Origin: Desulfomicrobium sp.
Lineage (GTDB): Bacteria > Desulfobacterota > Desulfovibrionia > Desulfovibrionales > Desulfomicrobiaceae
Direction: 5' to 3'
Assembly: GCA_040768745.1 (NCBI GenBank)
Contig: JAXGMI010000001.1
Span: forward strand, 128,001 to 192,000
Length of the DNA: 64,000 nucleotides
Within the stretch, counting starts at the first letter, position 1. Each line of letters starts with the position of its first letter. The notes beneath the pieces were generated by a model. The model did not search any database. It had not been told where the DNA came from and saw only the letters and a list, made by a program, of their open reading frames with translations. A program made the translations under genes and the position numbers. Positions 1 to 9,911 of this stretch are shown piece by piece.

Positions 1-22
1 AAAGGCCGCTCCTGCGGCCTTT
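1..22. terminator. Intrinsic terminator-like hairpin (possibly bidirectional) downstream of the asmA-like gene
   Basis: AAAGGCCGC-TCCT-GCGGCCTTT perfect inverted repeat with A/T flanks; the left flank is cut by the window edge. Confidence 0.6.
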
Positions 23-168
23 CTCATGTTCCACTTGAAGTTCCTGACCTTGCACCCGGATTTCCCTTGCGGCTCCGCGCCCTGTGCCCGGGCCTGAATC
101 CGGAAGCCTCGGGACAGAGCTTCTGACGGATCCACGTCCAGATCAATCGCATTGACAACCGTTGCACC

Positions 169-2220
169 TCATTCAAAAAGGCGGCGCAAGCCCTCAATCC
201 CTCTGTCCAGTCCCGACCCGACACCCTTCAGGACATCCTGCACGACCCGACCTCCGCGGGCCTTCAAGGCCCGAACCAGGCCTCCGAAATCCACATTCAC
301 CGATGGCTGGCCGATGGTTCCGGTCACACGGACCGGCAGGCTGTTCAGGCCCGGCAAACCTTCCTCGAATTTGCCCTCGCTTCCTTCCAGGGTCAGAATC
401 CCCTTGTAATCCAGGGACTCGCTGACCAAGTCAGCCTGCCCGCTGGCAGTGATCCGGAAGCGCTCGGCCAGGAAAAGAAAATCCCTGGTGGTTTCAACCC
501 CGTTGACAATGCTGGCGCTTCCCGAGGCCACGGAAAAGCGGGTCAGATCCGGCTCGTCCGGACCGGGCTGCTGTTTTTTCACAACACGGATTGCGTCCCG
601 CAACAGCTCGGCCATGTTGACCCCGTGCACAGCGCCGTTGACCACCTTGAAGTCGAGTTTTCCGTTCAGGCTTCTTTTCAGGGCCATCGCGTCCACTCCC
701 CGGGACCTGAGGGTGGCGGAGGTTTGGACGGCTCCGCTGACAAGGTCGCGTCCGTGCAGGTCCCGCAAAAACGGTCCAAGCTGCACGCCGGTCACGAAAT
801 GGGTCCACGACCATTCAGGCGTTTCTGAACGGACGTCCAGGACGGCCCCTGCCTCCAGCCGCCCGGCATAGGCCTTTGCGTCGATCCGGTCCAAATGCAT
901 GAGACCGTCCTTGGCCCGGACCGTGACCTGTGCATCCTCCACGCGGCAATGGGCCATGGTCAGGACGCCCACGCGCAACGTTCCGTTAACGTCCAGTTCG
1001 CGCATTGTGCTCCACGGATCAGCCTTTCCACCGGATTTGGACCCATGGCTGCCTTTCGTGTCGACGCCCTTCCGGGGGCGATACCGATCCAGGTCCATGG
1101 AGTCGGCGTGAAGGTCAAAATTGAAGGCCGGATCACGCAGACCCGCGGCCGTGAGGCGCCCTTCAACGGTCGCATTGTCCACGCTCAGAACCAGGCGGGA
1201 AATATCCACCCTGTCCTTGCTCCCGGTCCACGCGCAGGACAAGGCCATCCGTTCCAGGGCCGAGGGGTCGGCCGGAGCGGGCACCCCCATGCCGAGCCGC
1301 TGCAGAACATTCTTCGGCTGAAACGGGGCTATGTCCAGACTTCCGGCCGTCGTCCAGTTGCCCGCATCCTGCATCCTGGCCCGCACATCAAGACCCAGAC
1401 CCTGCATGCGGGCGTTGTCGAGACGTCCGTCGGTGGAGACGAGATCGGCCGTGATGGTGACTGTTTCGGGACCATGGGGCAGCTTGGCCCCTTGCAGGCC
1501 CGCCTTCATGTCCAGCCCCTCCAGGGTCAGACGATCCAGGGTCAGGGTTGCCGTGGTTGCGAAATTCAGGTTCGCTGTGACGTCAGCAACTGTTGCCAGG
1601 GCGCTGCTATCCACGGCAAATGGCTCGCCAAAGGCAAAATCAGACACGTTCAGCTGAATTCCGCTGACGTCCACTGCCTGTCCCTTTTTCCGATCCCTCC
1701 AGACAACGCGTGCGTCGGAAACACGGAAGCCATCCACGATGAGCGAGGCCAGACGCGGGACCCGTTTGTCCCTGGACAGCACCGATCCGGCATCTCCGCG
1801 ATCTCCGGCCCCGGTGTGGTGTTCCGGCGCAGCACCCAGATCGGACCAGTTGTTGTGGCCATGCTCATCCCTGGTCAGATGCAGGCTCAACCCCTCCACA
1901 TCCATGGCCACGACCTCCAGGCGGGAGAAAAAGAGAGGCAGCAGGCGGGCTTTCAAATGGGCATTGGTCAGGATCAGAAAAGGGCCCTCAAAACCCGGCG
2001 CGTTGCCCAGTTCCAACGACCCGGTGGTCAAGGCCAGATAGGGGTAAAGCTCAAGCTCCAGTTCCCCGGCGATGGTCAGCTCCCGGCCCGTGTTCTCCCG
2101 CACGGCCGCAATGATCTGCGGCTTGAAGGCGTTGGGATCGACGATGAGCAGAAGCCCTCCGAGAACGAGCCCAACAACCACCACCAACCCCAGAATTCCC
2201 CGGAAAATCCAGATTTTCAT
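169..2220 (-). CDS. AsmA family outer-membrane assembly/lipid-bridge protein
   Basis: 683 aa; N-terminal TM anchor then DPNAFKPQI...TGRELTIAG, and a C-terminal G-x-G-x-ADL...LPVRVTGT..P pattern typical of AsmA. Confidence 0.85.
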   Translation of the reverse strand: MKIWIFRGILGLVVVVGLVLGGLLLIVDPNAFKPQIIAAVRENTGRELTIAGELELELYPYLALTTGSLELGNAPGFEGPFLILTNAHLKARLLPLFFSRLEVVAMDVEGLSLHLTRDEHGHNNWSDLGAAPEHHTGAGDRGDAGSVLSRDKRVPRLASLIVDGFRVSDARVVWRDRKKGQAVDVSGIQLNVSDFAFGEPFAVDSSALATVADVTANLNFATTATLTLDRLTLEGLDMKAGLQGAKLPHGPETVTITADLVSTDGRLDNARMQGLGLDVRARMQDAGNWTTAGSLDIAPFQPKNVLQRLGMGVPAPADPSALERMALSCAWTGSKDRVDISRLVLSVDNATVEGRLTAAGLRDPAFNFDLHADSMDLDRYRPRKGVDTKGSHGSKSGGKADPWSTMRELDVNGTLRVGVLTMAHCRVEDAQVTVRAKDGLMHLDRIDAKAYAGRLEAGAVLDVRSETPEWSWTHFVTGVQLGPFLRDLHGRDLVSGAVQTSATLRSRGVDAMALKRSLNGKLDFKVVNGAVHGVNMAELLRDAIRVVKKQQPGPDEPDLTRFSVASGSASIVNGVETTRDFLFLAERFRITASGQADLVSESLDYKGILTLEGSEGKFEEGLPGLNSLPVRVTGTIGQPSVNVDFGGLVRALKARGGRVVQDVLKGVGSGLDRGIEGLRRLFE

Positions 2221-2388
2221 TCCATGCTCCCGTTTTGATACTCATCCCTGCCCAGCATGCGGGTTCACTTCAGGACCGATCCCGCATGGTCCCCCCGGCA
2301 CCGGAGAAAACCCTGTGTGCGCACTCTGGCCGGGAATTCGAGACGAATCCCTGCAGCGTTCCGCAGGCCAGACCAAACCCTGGGGTGG

Positions 2389-3675
2389 TCATGCCGGCCG
2401 GACTGGCCTGGCATGAAAACGACAGGTCGTGTCCTGATACAGAACCGCGCTGCTGCTCAGATCCACAAACCACGCAGAACAAAAGCTGCGCCGGTCCGCT
2501 GTCCAGAGCCACAGATGCCGGTCAGGGAAAGGCCAGGGACAGCATCCGTCCGGCCCCTGGGCAGGGCGCAGGAGGGACACCAGCTCGTCCACCGTTGGCA
2601 GGCGCCACTCCTTGCCGGACTCGGCGACAAAAGCCCGGGCCTCGTCCCAGGTCATGGGCCAGGGTGAGACGTGACCCCAAACCAGACCGGTACAAACATC
2701 CAATTCGCCGTCCTCAACCTCTTTGAGCCCGCCCTGATGAAACGCCAATGGCCGATTCAGCCCATCCAGAAAGGGAAAAGGCCGGGGGAACACGCCCGTC
2801 CGCAATGGCCTCGAGCGGAGTTGTCCCAAAACCGTGCATGCCGGCTCTGGCAGCATGCAGTCGGCATCAGATCTCGAACGCAGGTCCTCCTCCAGCAGGT
2901 CAAGAAAGTCGCGCATGATCCGTGCGTCAGCAAAACGATCCTCCGGATCTTCGGCCAGGGCTTGGCGGAAAAATTCGATCCATGGTGGGGTGAAAAGAGG
3001 TGCAGCCACAGGACCACCATCCGGAAGCATCCCTGTCAGCAGACGGTGCAGCAGGACTCCAGCGCTGTACAAGTCCGCGGCCGGCCCGGCTCTCCCAGGA
3101 TCGTCCTCCTGCTCCGGGGCGCAGTAATAGGGCGATCCGACCTTGAGCCCGCGGGACCTGATTCCGGTTTCACCTCGCATGCGGGAAAGACCCAGATCAA
3201 TGACCTTGATCACTCCATCGCTGGCGAGCAGCAGGTTGGCGGGCTTGACATCCCGGTGCACGACCCCTGCGCGATGCAGGAAGCCCAGGCCCGCCAGAGT
3301 CTGACGGACCACGTCCAGGGCCAGAAGCGGGGACATGGCCCGGGTCGGGGCCTCGGCCACCATGCCTTCCCCGATGAGAGCGCCCACGTTCATGCACATG
3401 TATTCGAGGACCATGAAAAACCTGCCCTGGTCCTGGTCCAGGTCCCAGACCGTGGCCAGGTTGCGGTGGTCGCAGGCCGCCATGAGCCTGGCCTCGCGAA
3501 GGAACGCTGCCTGTACGGCCTCAGCCCCCATGATCTGAACCAGCAGGTCGTTGGGTTGCAAGAGCTTTAGGGCCATGATCCGGCCGAGTTCCCTGTGCCG
3601 GACCTTGTACACCGTTCCCATTCCGCCCTGGCCCAGGCGGCCGAGCACCGTATACCGACCGATGTTCCTGCTCAC
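2389..3675 (-). CDS. Hanks-type Ser/Thr protein kinase with C-terminal DUF1566 (Lcl-C/CLec-like) domain
   Basis: GQGGMG loop, ALK, HRDVKPAN, DLG, APE motifs; C-terminal TGLVW...TWDEA...WRLPTVDEL...W..D...AW.V; GTG start placed at the GTGA overlap with the upstream stop. Confidence 0.85.
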   Translation of the reverse strand: MSRNIGRYTVLGRLGQGGMGTVYKVRHRELGRIMALKLLQPNDLLVQIMGAEAVQAAFLREARLMAACDHRNLATVWDLDQDQGRFFMVLEYMCMNVGALIGEGMVAEAPTRAMSPLLALDVVRQTLAGLGFLHRAGVVHRDVKPANLLLASDGVIKVIDLGLSRMRGETGIRSRGLKVGSPYYCAPEQEDDPGRAGPAADLYSAGVLLHRLLTGMLPDGGPVAAPLFTPPWIEFFRQALAEDPEDRFADARIMRDFLDLLEEDLRSRSDADCMLPEPACTVLGQLRSRPLRTGVFPRPFPFLDGLNRPLAFHQGGLKEVEDGELDVCTGLVWGHVSPWPMTWDEARAFVAESGKEWRLPTVDELVSLLRPAQGPDGCCPWPFPDRHLWLWTADRRSFCSAWFVDLSSSAVLYQDTTCRFHARPVRPA

Positions 3676-4391
3676 CACAGCCTCGCTGCATAAAATGGCG
3701 GAAACCCGCGCCGCAGGATCTTCTCCGCTGTGCCTGCGATGTCGTAGGGCACAAACCGCACCTCGATGGTGTTCTCCGACGTATCCCATAGAACATATTT
3801 GGCATGGTTATCGCCGTCCCGGGGCTGGCCGACGCTGCCGGCGTTGACGATGGACCATCCCTGGAGAAGCTGCAGAACTGCCCGGCCCAGGGTTCTGCGA
3901 CGCAGCTCTGCTCCATCCCAATGCGCCAGGCCAAGCTCGTGGGTATGGCCCACAAAGGTCAGTCTCTCCCCCTGGGCAAACCAAAATACAAGGCCCTGGT
4001 CGTCCACCTGGAACAGGTAGGTGGTCACGCTGTCCGGCGGAAAGCCGTGCACGAATCGTGCACCCTCCACGACAACAGACCTGGGCAGATTTGCAATGTA
4101 GTCCAGACTTTGAGGAGAGAGCAGGGCTTCGGTCAGGATCAGGCCTTTGCGGGCCGTGGCATTGAACCAGGCCCGTTCGCTTTTGGACACGATGCCCAGC
4201 TCATGGTTGCCCATGCAGCACAACACGTCCCTTTCACGCATGGCCTGCAAGACCTCCTCCGGATTGGGACCATACCCGACCATGTCTCCCAGGCTGACGA
4301 TCCGGGCCACGGGAAAGGTGGCCATATCCGCCCAGACGGCCTCCAGGGCCTCGAGATTTCCATGAATATCCGACAAGACGGCGATCTGCAT
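3672..4391 (-). CDS. Calcineurin-like metallophosphoesterase
   Basis: DIHGN, GDMVGYG, GNHE, HG, GHTH and GSVGQPRDG motifs. Confidence 0.9.
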   Translation of the reverse strand: MQIAVLSDIHGNLEALEAVWADMATFPVARIVSLGDMVGYGPNPEEVLQAMRERDVLCCMGNHELGIVSKSERAWFNATARKGLILTEALLSPQSLDYIANLPRSVVVEGARFVHGFPPDSVTTYLFQVDDQGLVFWFAQGERLTFVGHTHELGLAHWDGAELRRRTLGRAVLQLLQGWSIVNAGSVGQPRDGDNHAKYVLWDTSENTIEVRFVPYDIAGTAEKILRRGFPPFYAARLW

Positions 4392-4522
4392 GCGTGCTCC
4401 GTTCCTGGCAGAGAAAAGGTCTTTGCTTTTTTGCGCACCGATGCTAAGCGAAAGCTCAACAAAATTTTTTTAGCCAGATAATGATTCAGTATTTCGGAAT
4501 GATACACACTGAAGGATCGCTT

Positions 4523-5086
4523 ATGCGCCGCAAGTATTTCTTCATCTTCTTCTTTATCTTTTTTCTCTCCACCCCTGTCTCGGGCGGACAGATCGGCGAA
4601 GTGACATTTCCCGACAGGCTCCTCCATGGACAATCAAACCTGACACTGAACGGCCTGGGCATGCGGACCTTCGCTTTTTTTGACGTGTATGCCGCCGGCC
4701 TGTATCTGGCCACCCCTTCCAAGGACGCCCAAGCAGTCCTCCGTGCTGACACCCCCCGCATCATGACCATGCACTTTTTGCGCGGCGTGCAGGCCAAGCA
4801 AATCGCCCAGGCCTGGCAGGAGGGGCTGGATACGAACACTCCTTCAGCTGAGGCCTCCCTCAAGGATCGGTTTGCCCAACTGGCAACGATGATGGAGCCC
4901 ATGGACAAGGGCGATACGCTCGATTGCGTGTATGAACCCGGGGCCGGTACGACGATCCGGGTCAAAGGCGTGGTCAAAGGCATCATCCCGGGCAAGGATT
5001 TCAGCGACGCCCTGCTGGCCTGCTGGATCGGCCCCAAGCCTGGCCCAGGTGAAAAGTTCCGAGCCGGCATTCTCGGCCAGCCCTGA
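4523..5086 (+). CDS. Chalcone-isomerase-like exported protein
   Basis: Signal peptide, LNGLGMR..FFDVYAAGLYL, F..ALL..WIG motifs; ATG with GAAGGA upstream. Confidence 0.8.
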   Translation: MRRKYFFIFFFIFFLSTPVSGGQIGEVTFPDRLLHGQSNLTLNGLGMRTFAFFDVYAAGLYLATPSKDAQAVLRADTPRIMTMHFLRGVQAKQIAQAWQEGLDTNTPSAEASLKDRFAQLATMMEPMDKGDTLDCVYEPGAGTTIRVKGVVKGIIPGKDFSDALLACWIGPKPGPGEKFRAGILGQP

Positions 5087-5105
5087 CCACCGCACCCCGG
5101 AACTC

Positions 5106-5330
5106 CTATTTTTTGGCGGGAAACAGGCCCCTCAGCCCTTCCCAGGCGTAGCGCGCCCCCCGGACCATGAACAGACCCAGGACCGTGAGCAGCGCCGCGT
5201 TGGTCTTGGCGGCCTGCACCATGGAGTCCTTGAAATATTCCCTGGCCTGCTGGTAGTCACGTTCCGCCTGGCTGACCAAGGGGTCCTGCGGCTGATCTGT
5301 CGGGACCAGGGTATCTTTCTTTTCTTCCAT
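5106..5330 (-). CDS. Small hypothetical membrane protein
   Basis: TGATG coupling to the transglutaminase gene, GGAG RBS, one hydrophobic segment. Confidence 0.55.
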   Translation of the reverse strand: MEEKKDTLVPTDQPQDPLVSQAERDYQQAREYFKDSMVQAAKTNAALLTVLGLFMVRGARYAWEGLRGLFPAKK

Positions 5331-7267
5331 CACCATCTCCTTGTAAATTCGCGTACCAAGCGCTCAAGTTCGGTCCTGTCGCTTCGCTCTCCATAGCGCA
5401 CTGCCACATAGGCATCCACAATTTCACGCGCAGGACGGGACAGGTCTGGCTTTTCCGCCTCGATGCGCCGTGCGTAATCGAGGGGACCTTCGGCGGGATT
5501 CAGAGACACGCCCAGATGTTGGAGTTTCTGCCGGAACCTGTCGTACAGAACCAGCGCCATATCTTCAACGTTTCGCCGAGTCCTCAGCTTGATCACGAGA
5601 ATCGTGCTGAATATGACCCCAAGACCCGCCGCGAGCACTGCGGCGAGCTTTCCGGCCCCGCCCCTGGTTCGCGGATCAAAGCCGAGGCGCTGCCACAACC
5701 CCCGCTGACGCTCATGCCCGAAACCCAGCACCCATTGGTTCCAGCCGTTGTTGGCCGCATCCCAGCCCCATTGGAAGAATCGTCTCACCTGGCCCAGCAT
5801 CCGTGCACCTCGGCTCGGAAGCGCGCCCGCCTCCTGGGACAGGACCGCCTCGACCCCGCTGCTCAGGCGCTGCGGAGAGACCACGGAAGTCGGATCCTCC
5901 CGGATCCAGCCCTCCCCTTCCTGCCACACCTCAACCCAGGCATGGGCATCGGACTGGCGAACGATCAGATACCCGCCCAGGGGATTCTGCTCCCCACCTT
6001 GATACCCCACAACGATCCGGGCTGGAACCCCTGCCAGCCGGAGCAGAAAAGTCATGGCCGATGCGTAATGTTCACAATACCCCTGTCGCGAGACAAACAG
6101 AAAATGATCGATGACATCGCCCTGGGATGGGCCGGGACGGAGATTGTACAGGAAGCCGTCACGGAACATGCGCAAGATCGCGTCCACCATCCCGCGCGAA
6201 TCCAGGCCGTCCCGGATCCACTGTTGAACCAGGGCCCTGGCCTGCGGATTTCCGTCCGCGGGCAGACCGACCCATTCCGGACCAGGTCTTGGCGTCCTGT
6301 CCGCCAGGACCGGGAGGGACAGGAGGACATAGCGTGTCCGGGATGTGAGCAGGCGCAGACTTTCCAGCGTCCGCTCTTCACGCAGCACGGTTCCATGCGG
6401 GGACTGGACGGGCCGGTCCAGGGAGAATACCCAGCGATTGCCGTGCGGCTCCAACGTCAAGCTGTAGGAAACGCTTCCGGGCGGAGGGCCGGTTTCATCG
6501 CTTGGGATACGGACAAACGGGAGGGACTTGAACCATCTTACCCCGTCAAAGGTATCCAGAACCAGCCCGCGCCAGTACAGCGCATTGCGCTCGGGCACTG
6601 TCCCGGAAAAATCCGCCCGGAAGGCCACCTCCCGCGACAGGGACAACCCGGACACCGAACCTGGTTCCAGAGTCTCGCTGAATCCGCTGACGCCCTCGTC
6701 CCGTTCGTCGTGCACCCCCCACAGCGCGCCCTGCAGACGTGGAAAAAAGACGAAAAAGAGGAAGGCCAAAGGGATGGATTGGACCATGAGCAGGGCTCCC
6801 CGCCTCAGATCCGGACAGATCCGGGTTTCGGCCGAAAACATGTGCAGGTGGGCGGTGACCACGGACATGACCGAAAACAGCATGTACATGCTCATGACCA
6901 GGGTCTGGGAGTACAGCACGTTGGTCACCACCACGAAGTAGGCCAGGAAAAGAAGGGCCAACAGATCCCGGACGGATTTGCTTTCCAGAACCTTGAGTCC
7001 GAGCATGAGGGATAGGAGGTCCACCCCGGCGTCCCGGCCAAAGGAGCGGCCATGCACGGACAGAACCAGGGCTGCACAGCCCAAGGCCAGGGCCACGCGC
7101 AACCAGCGCGGGGGCACCGGCCAGCCCCTGTACTGCATGCCCAGCCCATAGCCCCAGGACGCGCAGACAAACAGGGACACGAACAGGGACACACGAGCCA
7201 AGTGGGGAGCGAAGGCCAGGGCCAGAGCCAGAAGGACCACGCTGAAGCGACGCTTGTCGTGGATCAT
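5330..7267 (-). CDS. TgpA-like membrane transglutaminase (DUF3488 + transglutaminase + DUF4129)
   Basis: Multi-TM N-terminus, FFPRL, LYWRG, GYCEHYASA catalytic Cys, DAHAWVEVW, DPT; ATGA overlap with the DUF58 gene. Confidence 0.9.
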   Translation of the reverse strand: MIHDKRRFSVVLLALALAFAPHLARVSLFVSLFVCASWGYGLGMQYRGWPVPPRWLRVALALGCAALVLSVHGRSFGRDAGVDLLSLMLGLKVLESKSVRDLLALLFLAYFVVVTNVLYSQTLVMSMYMLFSVMSVVTAHLHMFSAETRICPDLRRGALLMVQSIPLAFLFFVFFPRLQGALWGVHDERDEGVSGFSETLEPGSVSGLSLSREVAFRADFSGTVPERNALYWRGLVLDTFDGVRWFKSLPFVRIPSDETGPPPGSVSYSLTLEPHGNRWVFSLDRPVQSPHGTVLREERTLESLRLLTSRTRYVLLSLPVLADRTPRPGPEWVGLPADGNPQARALVQQWIRDGLDSRGMVDAILRMFRDGFLYNLRPGPSQGDVIDHFLFVSRQGYCEHYASAMTFLLRLAGVPARIVVGYQGGEQNPLGGYLIVRQSDAHAWVEVWQEGEGWIREDPTSVVSPQRLSSGVEAVLSQEAGALPSRGARMLGQVRRFFQWGWDAANNGWNQWVLGFGHERQRGLWQRLGFDPRTRGGAGKLAAVLAAGLGVIFSTILVIKLRTRRNVEDMALVLYDRFRQKLQHLGVSLNPAEGPLDYARRIEAEKPDLSRPAREIVDAYVAVRYGERSDRTELERLVREFTRRW

Positions 7268-8205
7268 TCGGCCTCCGGCATGAGTGCCAACGCTTCCAGG
7301 CAACGATGGGCATGCGCGGCCCCGCTCCCGGGGGATATGGTTTGCCCTGGCAAGGACAGACCATAGAGCACCCCCATCTGCTCCGCTGCGTGAACCAGGC
7401 CGGCCAAACGGCTGATGCGATCCTCGTAACCCGACGCGTGCACCTCGTTCCACTCAAAATACAGGGTTTGGACCAAGACGCTTCCGTATTCCTTGACAAA
7501 AAGGCCCAGCCCCCGCGCCGAGGCCTTCCAGGACACGCGCGACAGACCATCCCCGGGTTGATAGGGTCTGACTCCCCCAAACTCCATGCCAGGGGCTGCC
7601 CCGCCATCTCCTCCGTCCCCGTCACCCTGGGCCATGGCCCAGTTCGAGGCCTTTGCCGGAACAAGGCGGGGATATACCAGGCCAGTGACAGGCAGGATGA
7701 GGAGAGACCACGCCCGGAAAAGTCCCAGCGGAAAACGGGTGCTGATGGTGACCTGTCCCAGGGGCAGGAGCCCTCGCCGGGTGACGGGCACCAGCAGATC
7801 CACTGCCCGTCCTTCGGCAGTGGTCAGGGAAAGGTCCGCGCCAGCCTTCCCGATCTTGACCTGCAATGCCCTGCGTTCCCTGCCCGCAGCGCGGAAGAAG
7901 AGCTGCAGCTGCGCTTCCTCTCCGCAAAAAGCGGGCGAAAGCCGGCCGTGTTCAAGGATGAGACCGGCCAGGTTGGCATAGGCGTGGATGGACGATATGA
8001 TGGCGATGCCGGCCAGAAGAAAAGTCAACAGGAAAGCGAGATTGTTCGTATAGTTGACAGCTGCGACAAGCATGGCCAGCAGGAAGAAGCCGAAGACCAG
8101 GCCCGACCGGGTCGGCAGGATGTAGATCCGCCGCTGGTTCAGACGTACGGGAAATGCGGCATGCTGCCGGGCCAGCAGCAGTGTGCGCAAGAACTTCGGC
8201 ATCAT
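7264..8205 (-). CDS. DUF58 domain protein
   Basis: IYILPT...NYTNNL, RFPLGLFRAW, EFGGVRPYQPGD..RVSWKASAR. Confidence 0.88.
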   Translation of the reverse strand: MMPKFLRTLLLARQHAAFPVRLNQRRIYILPTRSGLVFGFFLLAMLVAAVNYTNNLAFLLTFLLAGIAIISSIHAYANLAGLILEHGRLSPAFCGEEAQLQLFFRAAGRERRALQVKIGKAGADLSLTTAEGRAVDLLVPVTRRGLLPLGQVTISTRFPLGLFRAWSLLILPVTGLVYPRLVPAKASNWAMAQGDGDGGDGGAAPGMEFGGVRPYQPGDGLSRVSWKASARGLGLFVKEYGSVLVQTLYFEWNEVHASGYEDRISRLAGLVHAAEQMGVLYGLSLPGQTISPGSGAAHAHRCLEALALMPEAE

Positions 8206-8209
8206 GGCC

Positions 8210-9109
8210 TCAGGGGATGGGAACGGCATCCAGAATCGCGGCCATGTCAATGCCTGTCCCGGCAGGGCGCAGTCGGTGCACGGCCAGACTGGGGAAAACA
8301 GCCTGCACATCCTCGGGCAGCACAAAATCGCGACCGTCCAGGAAGGCCCAGGCCCGAGCGGAGCGGACCAGTGCCTGCCCGGCCCGCGGAGAAAGGCCGG
8401 TCACGAATCGACCTCCTGTCCTGGTCCAATCCAACAGGTCCCGCACGTAGCACAGCAGGGGGGTGCTGGTGCGGATCAGGTCCACCCTCTCCTGCAGGTC
8501 CAGCACTCCACCGGCATCGGTGATGGGCTCTGGCATGGCGGGCCGTCCGCTGACGTGGCTGCGGCCCAAGAGCTCCAATTCCGATGCAGTGTCCGGGTAA
8601 CCGAGGCTGAGGCGGAAAAGGAAACGGTCGAGCTGGGATTCAGGCAGAGGATACGTCCCTGCCTGATCCAGGGCGTTTTGGGTGGCCAGGACAAAAAAAG
8701 GCTGCGGAAGAAGACGGGTCGTATTGTCCTGACTGACCTGCCTTTCCTCCATCACCTCCAGCAAGGCGCTCTGGGTGCGCGGAGTCCCCCGATTGATCTC
8801 ATCGGCCAGAAGCACGTTGGTAAAGACCGGACCGGGGTGGAAGACAAACGATGCCGACGCTGCATCAAACACGGAAACACCCAACAGATCGGCCGGGAGC
8901 AGGTCGTTGGTGAACTGCACCCGCTTGAAGTCCAGGCCCAGAACGACGGCCAGGGCCTTGGCCAGAGTGGTCTTGCCGATGCCAGGAATGTCCTCGATCA
9001 ACAGGTGTCCCCGGGCCAGCAGACATGCCATGGCCAGCCGGATCTGGACGTCTTTGCCCAGCACCACCTGGCTCAGACGGGCCATGGCCTCCCTGGTGAA
9101 ACCAGACAC
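8210..9109 (-). CDS. MoxR family AAA+ ATPase
   Basis: GHLLIEDIPGIGKT, RVQFTNDLLPAD, LADEINR, ATQN, YPLPESQLDRF; GTG start with GGGGAG RBS. Confidence 0.92.
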   Translation of the reverse strand: MSGFTREAMARLSQVVLGKDVQIRLAMACLLARGHLLIEDIPGIGKTTLAKALAVVLGLDFKRVQFTNDLLPADLLGVSVFDAASASFVFHPGPVFTNVLLADEINRGTPRTQSALLEVMEERQVSQDNTTRLLPQPFFVLATQNALDQAGTYPLPESQLDRFLFRLSLGYPDTASELELLGRSHVSGRPAMPEPITDAGGVLDLQERVDLIRTSTPLLCYVRDLLDWTRTGGRFVTGLSPRAGQALVRSARAWAFLDGRDFVLPEDVQAVFPSLAVHRLRPAGTGIDMAAILDAVPIP

Positions 9110-9110
9110 T

Positions 9111-9896
9111 CTACTCCCCCAGCAACTGGCCCATGGAATACAGGCGGCCAGGCTTCTGGGCAGAAATCCAACGCACGGCCCGCAGGGCCCCGCGTGCGAA
9201 ATTCTCACGGGAATGGGCGCGATGGGTGACCTCGATCCGTTCGCCCGGACCGAAGAAATAGACCGTATGGTCGCCGACAACGTCCCCCCCGCGCAGGGCG
9301 TGGACTCCAATCTCCTTCTCGGGCCTCGCCCCGACCAGACCATGACGCCCGTAGCTGCCCACCTCTCCCATGTCCCACCCGCGGGACTGGGCCAGGACCT
9401 GGGCCAGCTTCACTGCTGTGCCGCTGGGGGCATCCTTCTTGTGATGATGATGGATCTCGGTGATCTCCATGTCGTAGGCCTCTCCCAGGATGCGCTCCAG
9501 CAGAGGCAAGACCCGGACCAGGGCGTTCACACCGATGGACATGTTCGGGGACCAGAAAAGAGGAATGGTCTTGGCCAACTCTTCCAGTTCGGCCAGCTGA
9601 ACTGCCGTGAGGCCTGTGGTCCCGATGACGACGGGATTGCCTGTCTTGGAAGCCTTGCGGGCAGAACTGAGGCTCACTTCCGGGGCGGTGAAATCCACCA
9701 CCACCGCACCCGGGCTGCGGGGCAAAATCTCATCCAGATCGCTGGCCACGAGACAGCCCAAGAGTTCGAGCCCCGTGGAGACTTCCGCCCGTTCCACCAC
9801 GCCCTGCAGGGCAAACGCGTCCGAATCCTTGACTAGCCGGACCAGGGTGGACCCCATGCGACCCTTGGCTCCCATGATGATGACTGGAGTACTCAT
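9111..9896 (-). CDS. dapB: 4-hydroxy-tetrahydrodipicolinate reductase
   Basis: [41 protein letters not shown]. Confidence 0.97.
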   Translation of the reverse strand: MSTPVIIMGAKGRMGSTLVRLVKDSDAFALQGVVERAEVSTGLELLGCLVASDLDEILPRSPGAVVVDFTAPEVSLSSARKASKTGNPVVIGTTGLTAVQLAELEELAKTIPLFWSPNMSIGVNALVRVLPLLERILGEAYDMEITEIHHHHKKDAPSGTAVKLAQVLAQSRGWDMGEVGSYGRHGLVGARPEKEIGVHALRGGDVVGDHTVYFFGPGERIEVTHRAHSRENFARGALRAVRWISAQKPGRLYSMGQLLGE

Positions 9897-9911
9897 GATT
9901 TCTCTCCTGTG

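Noticed and set aside
5330..9109. moxR-DUF58-transglutaminase cluster as a novel system
   Set aside because: A well-known, widespread operon with nothing unusual here
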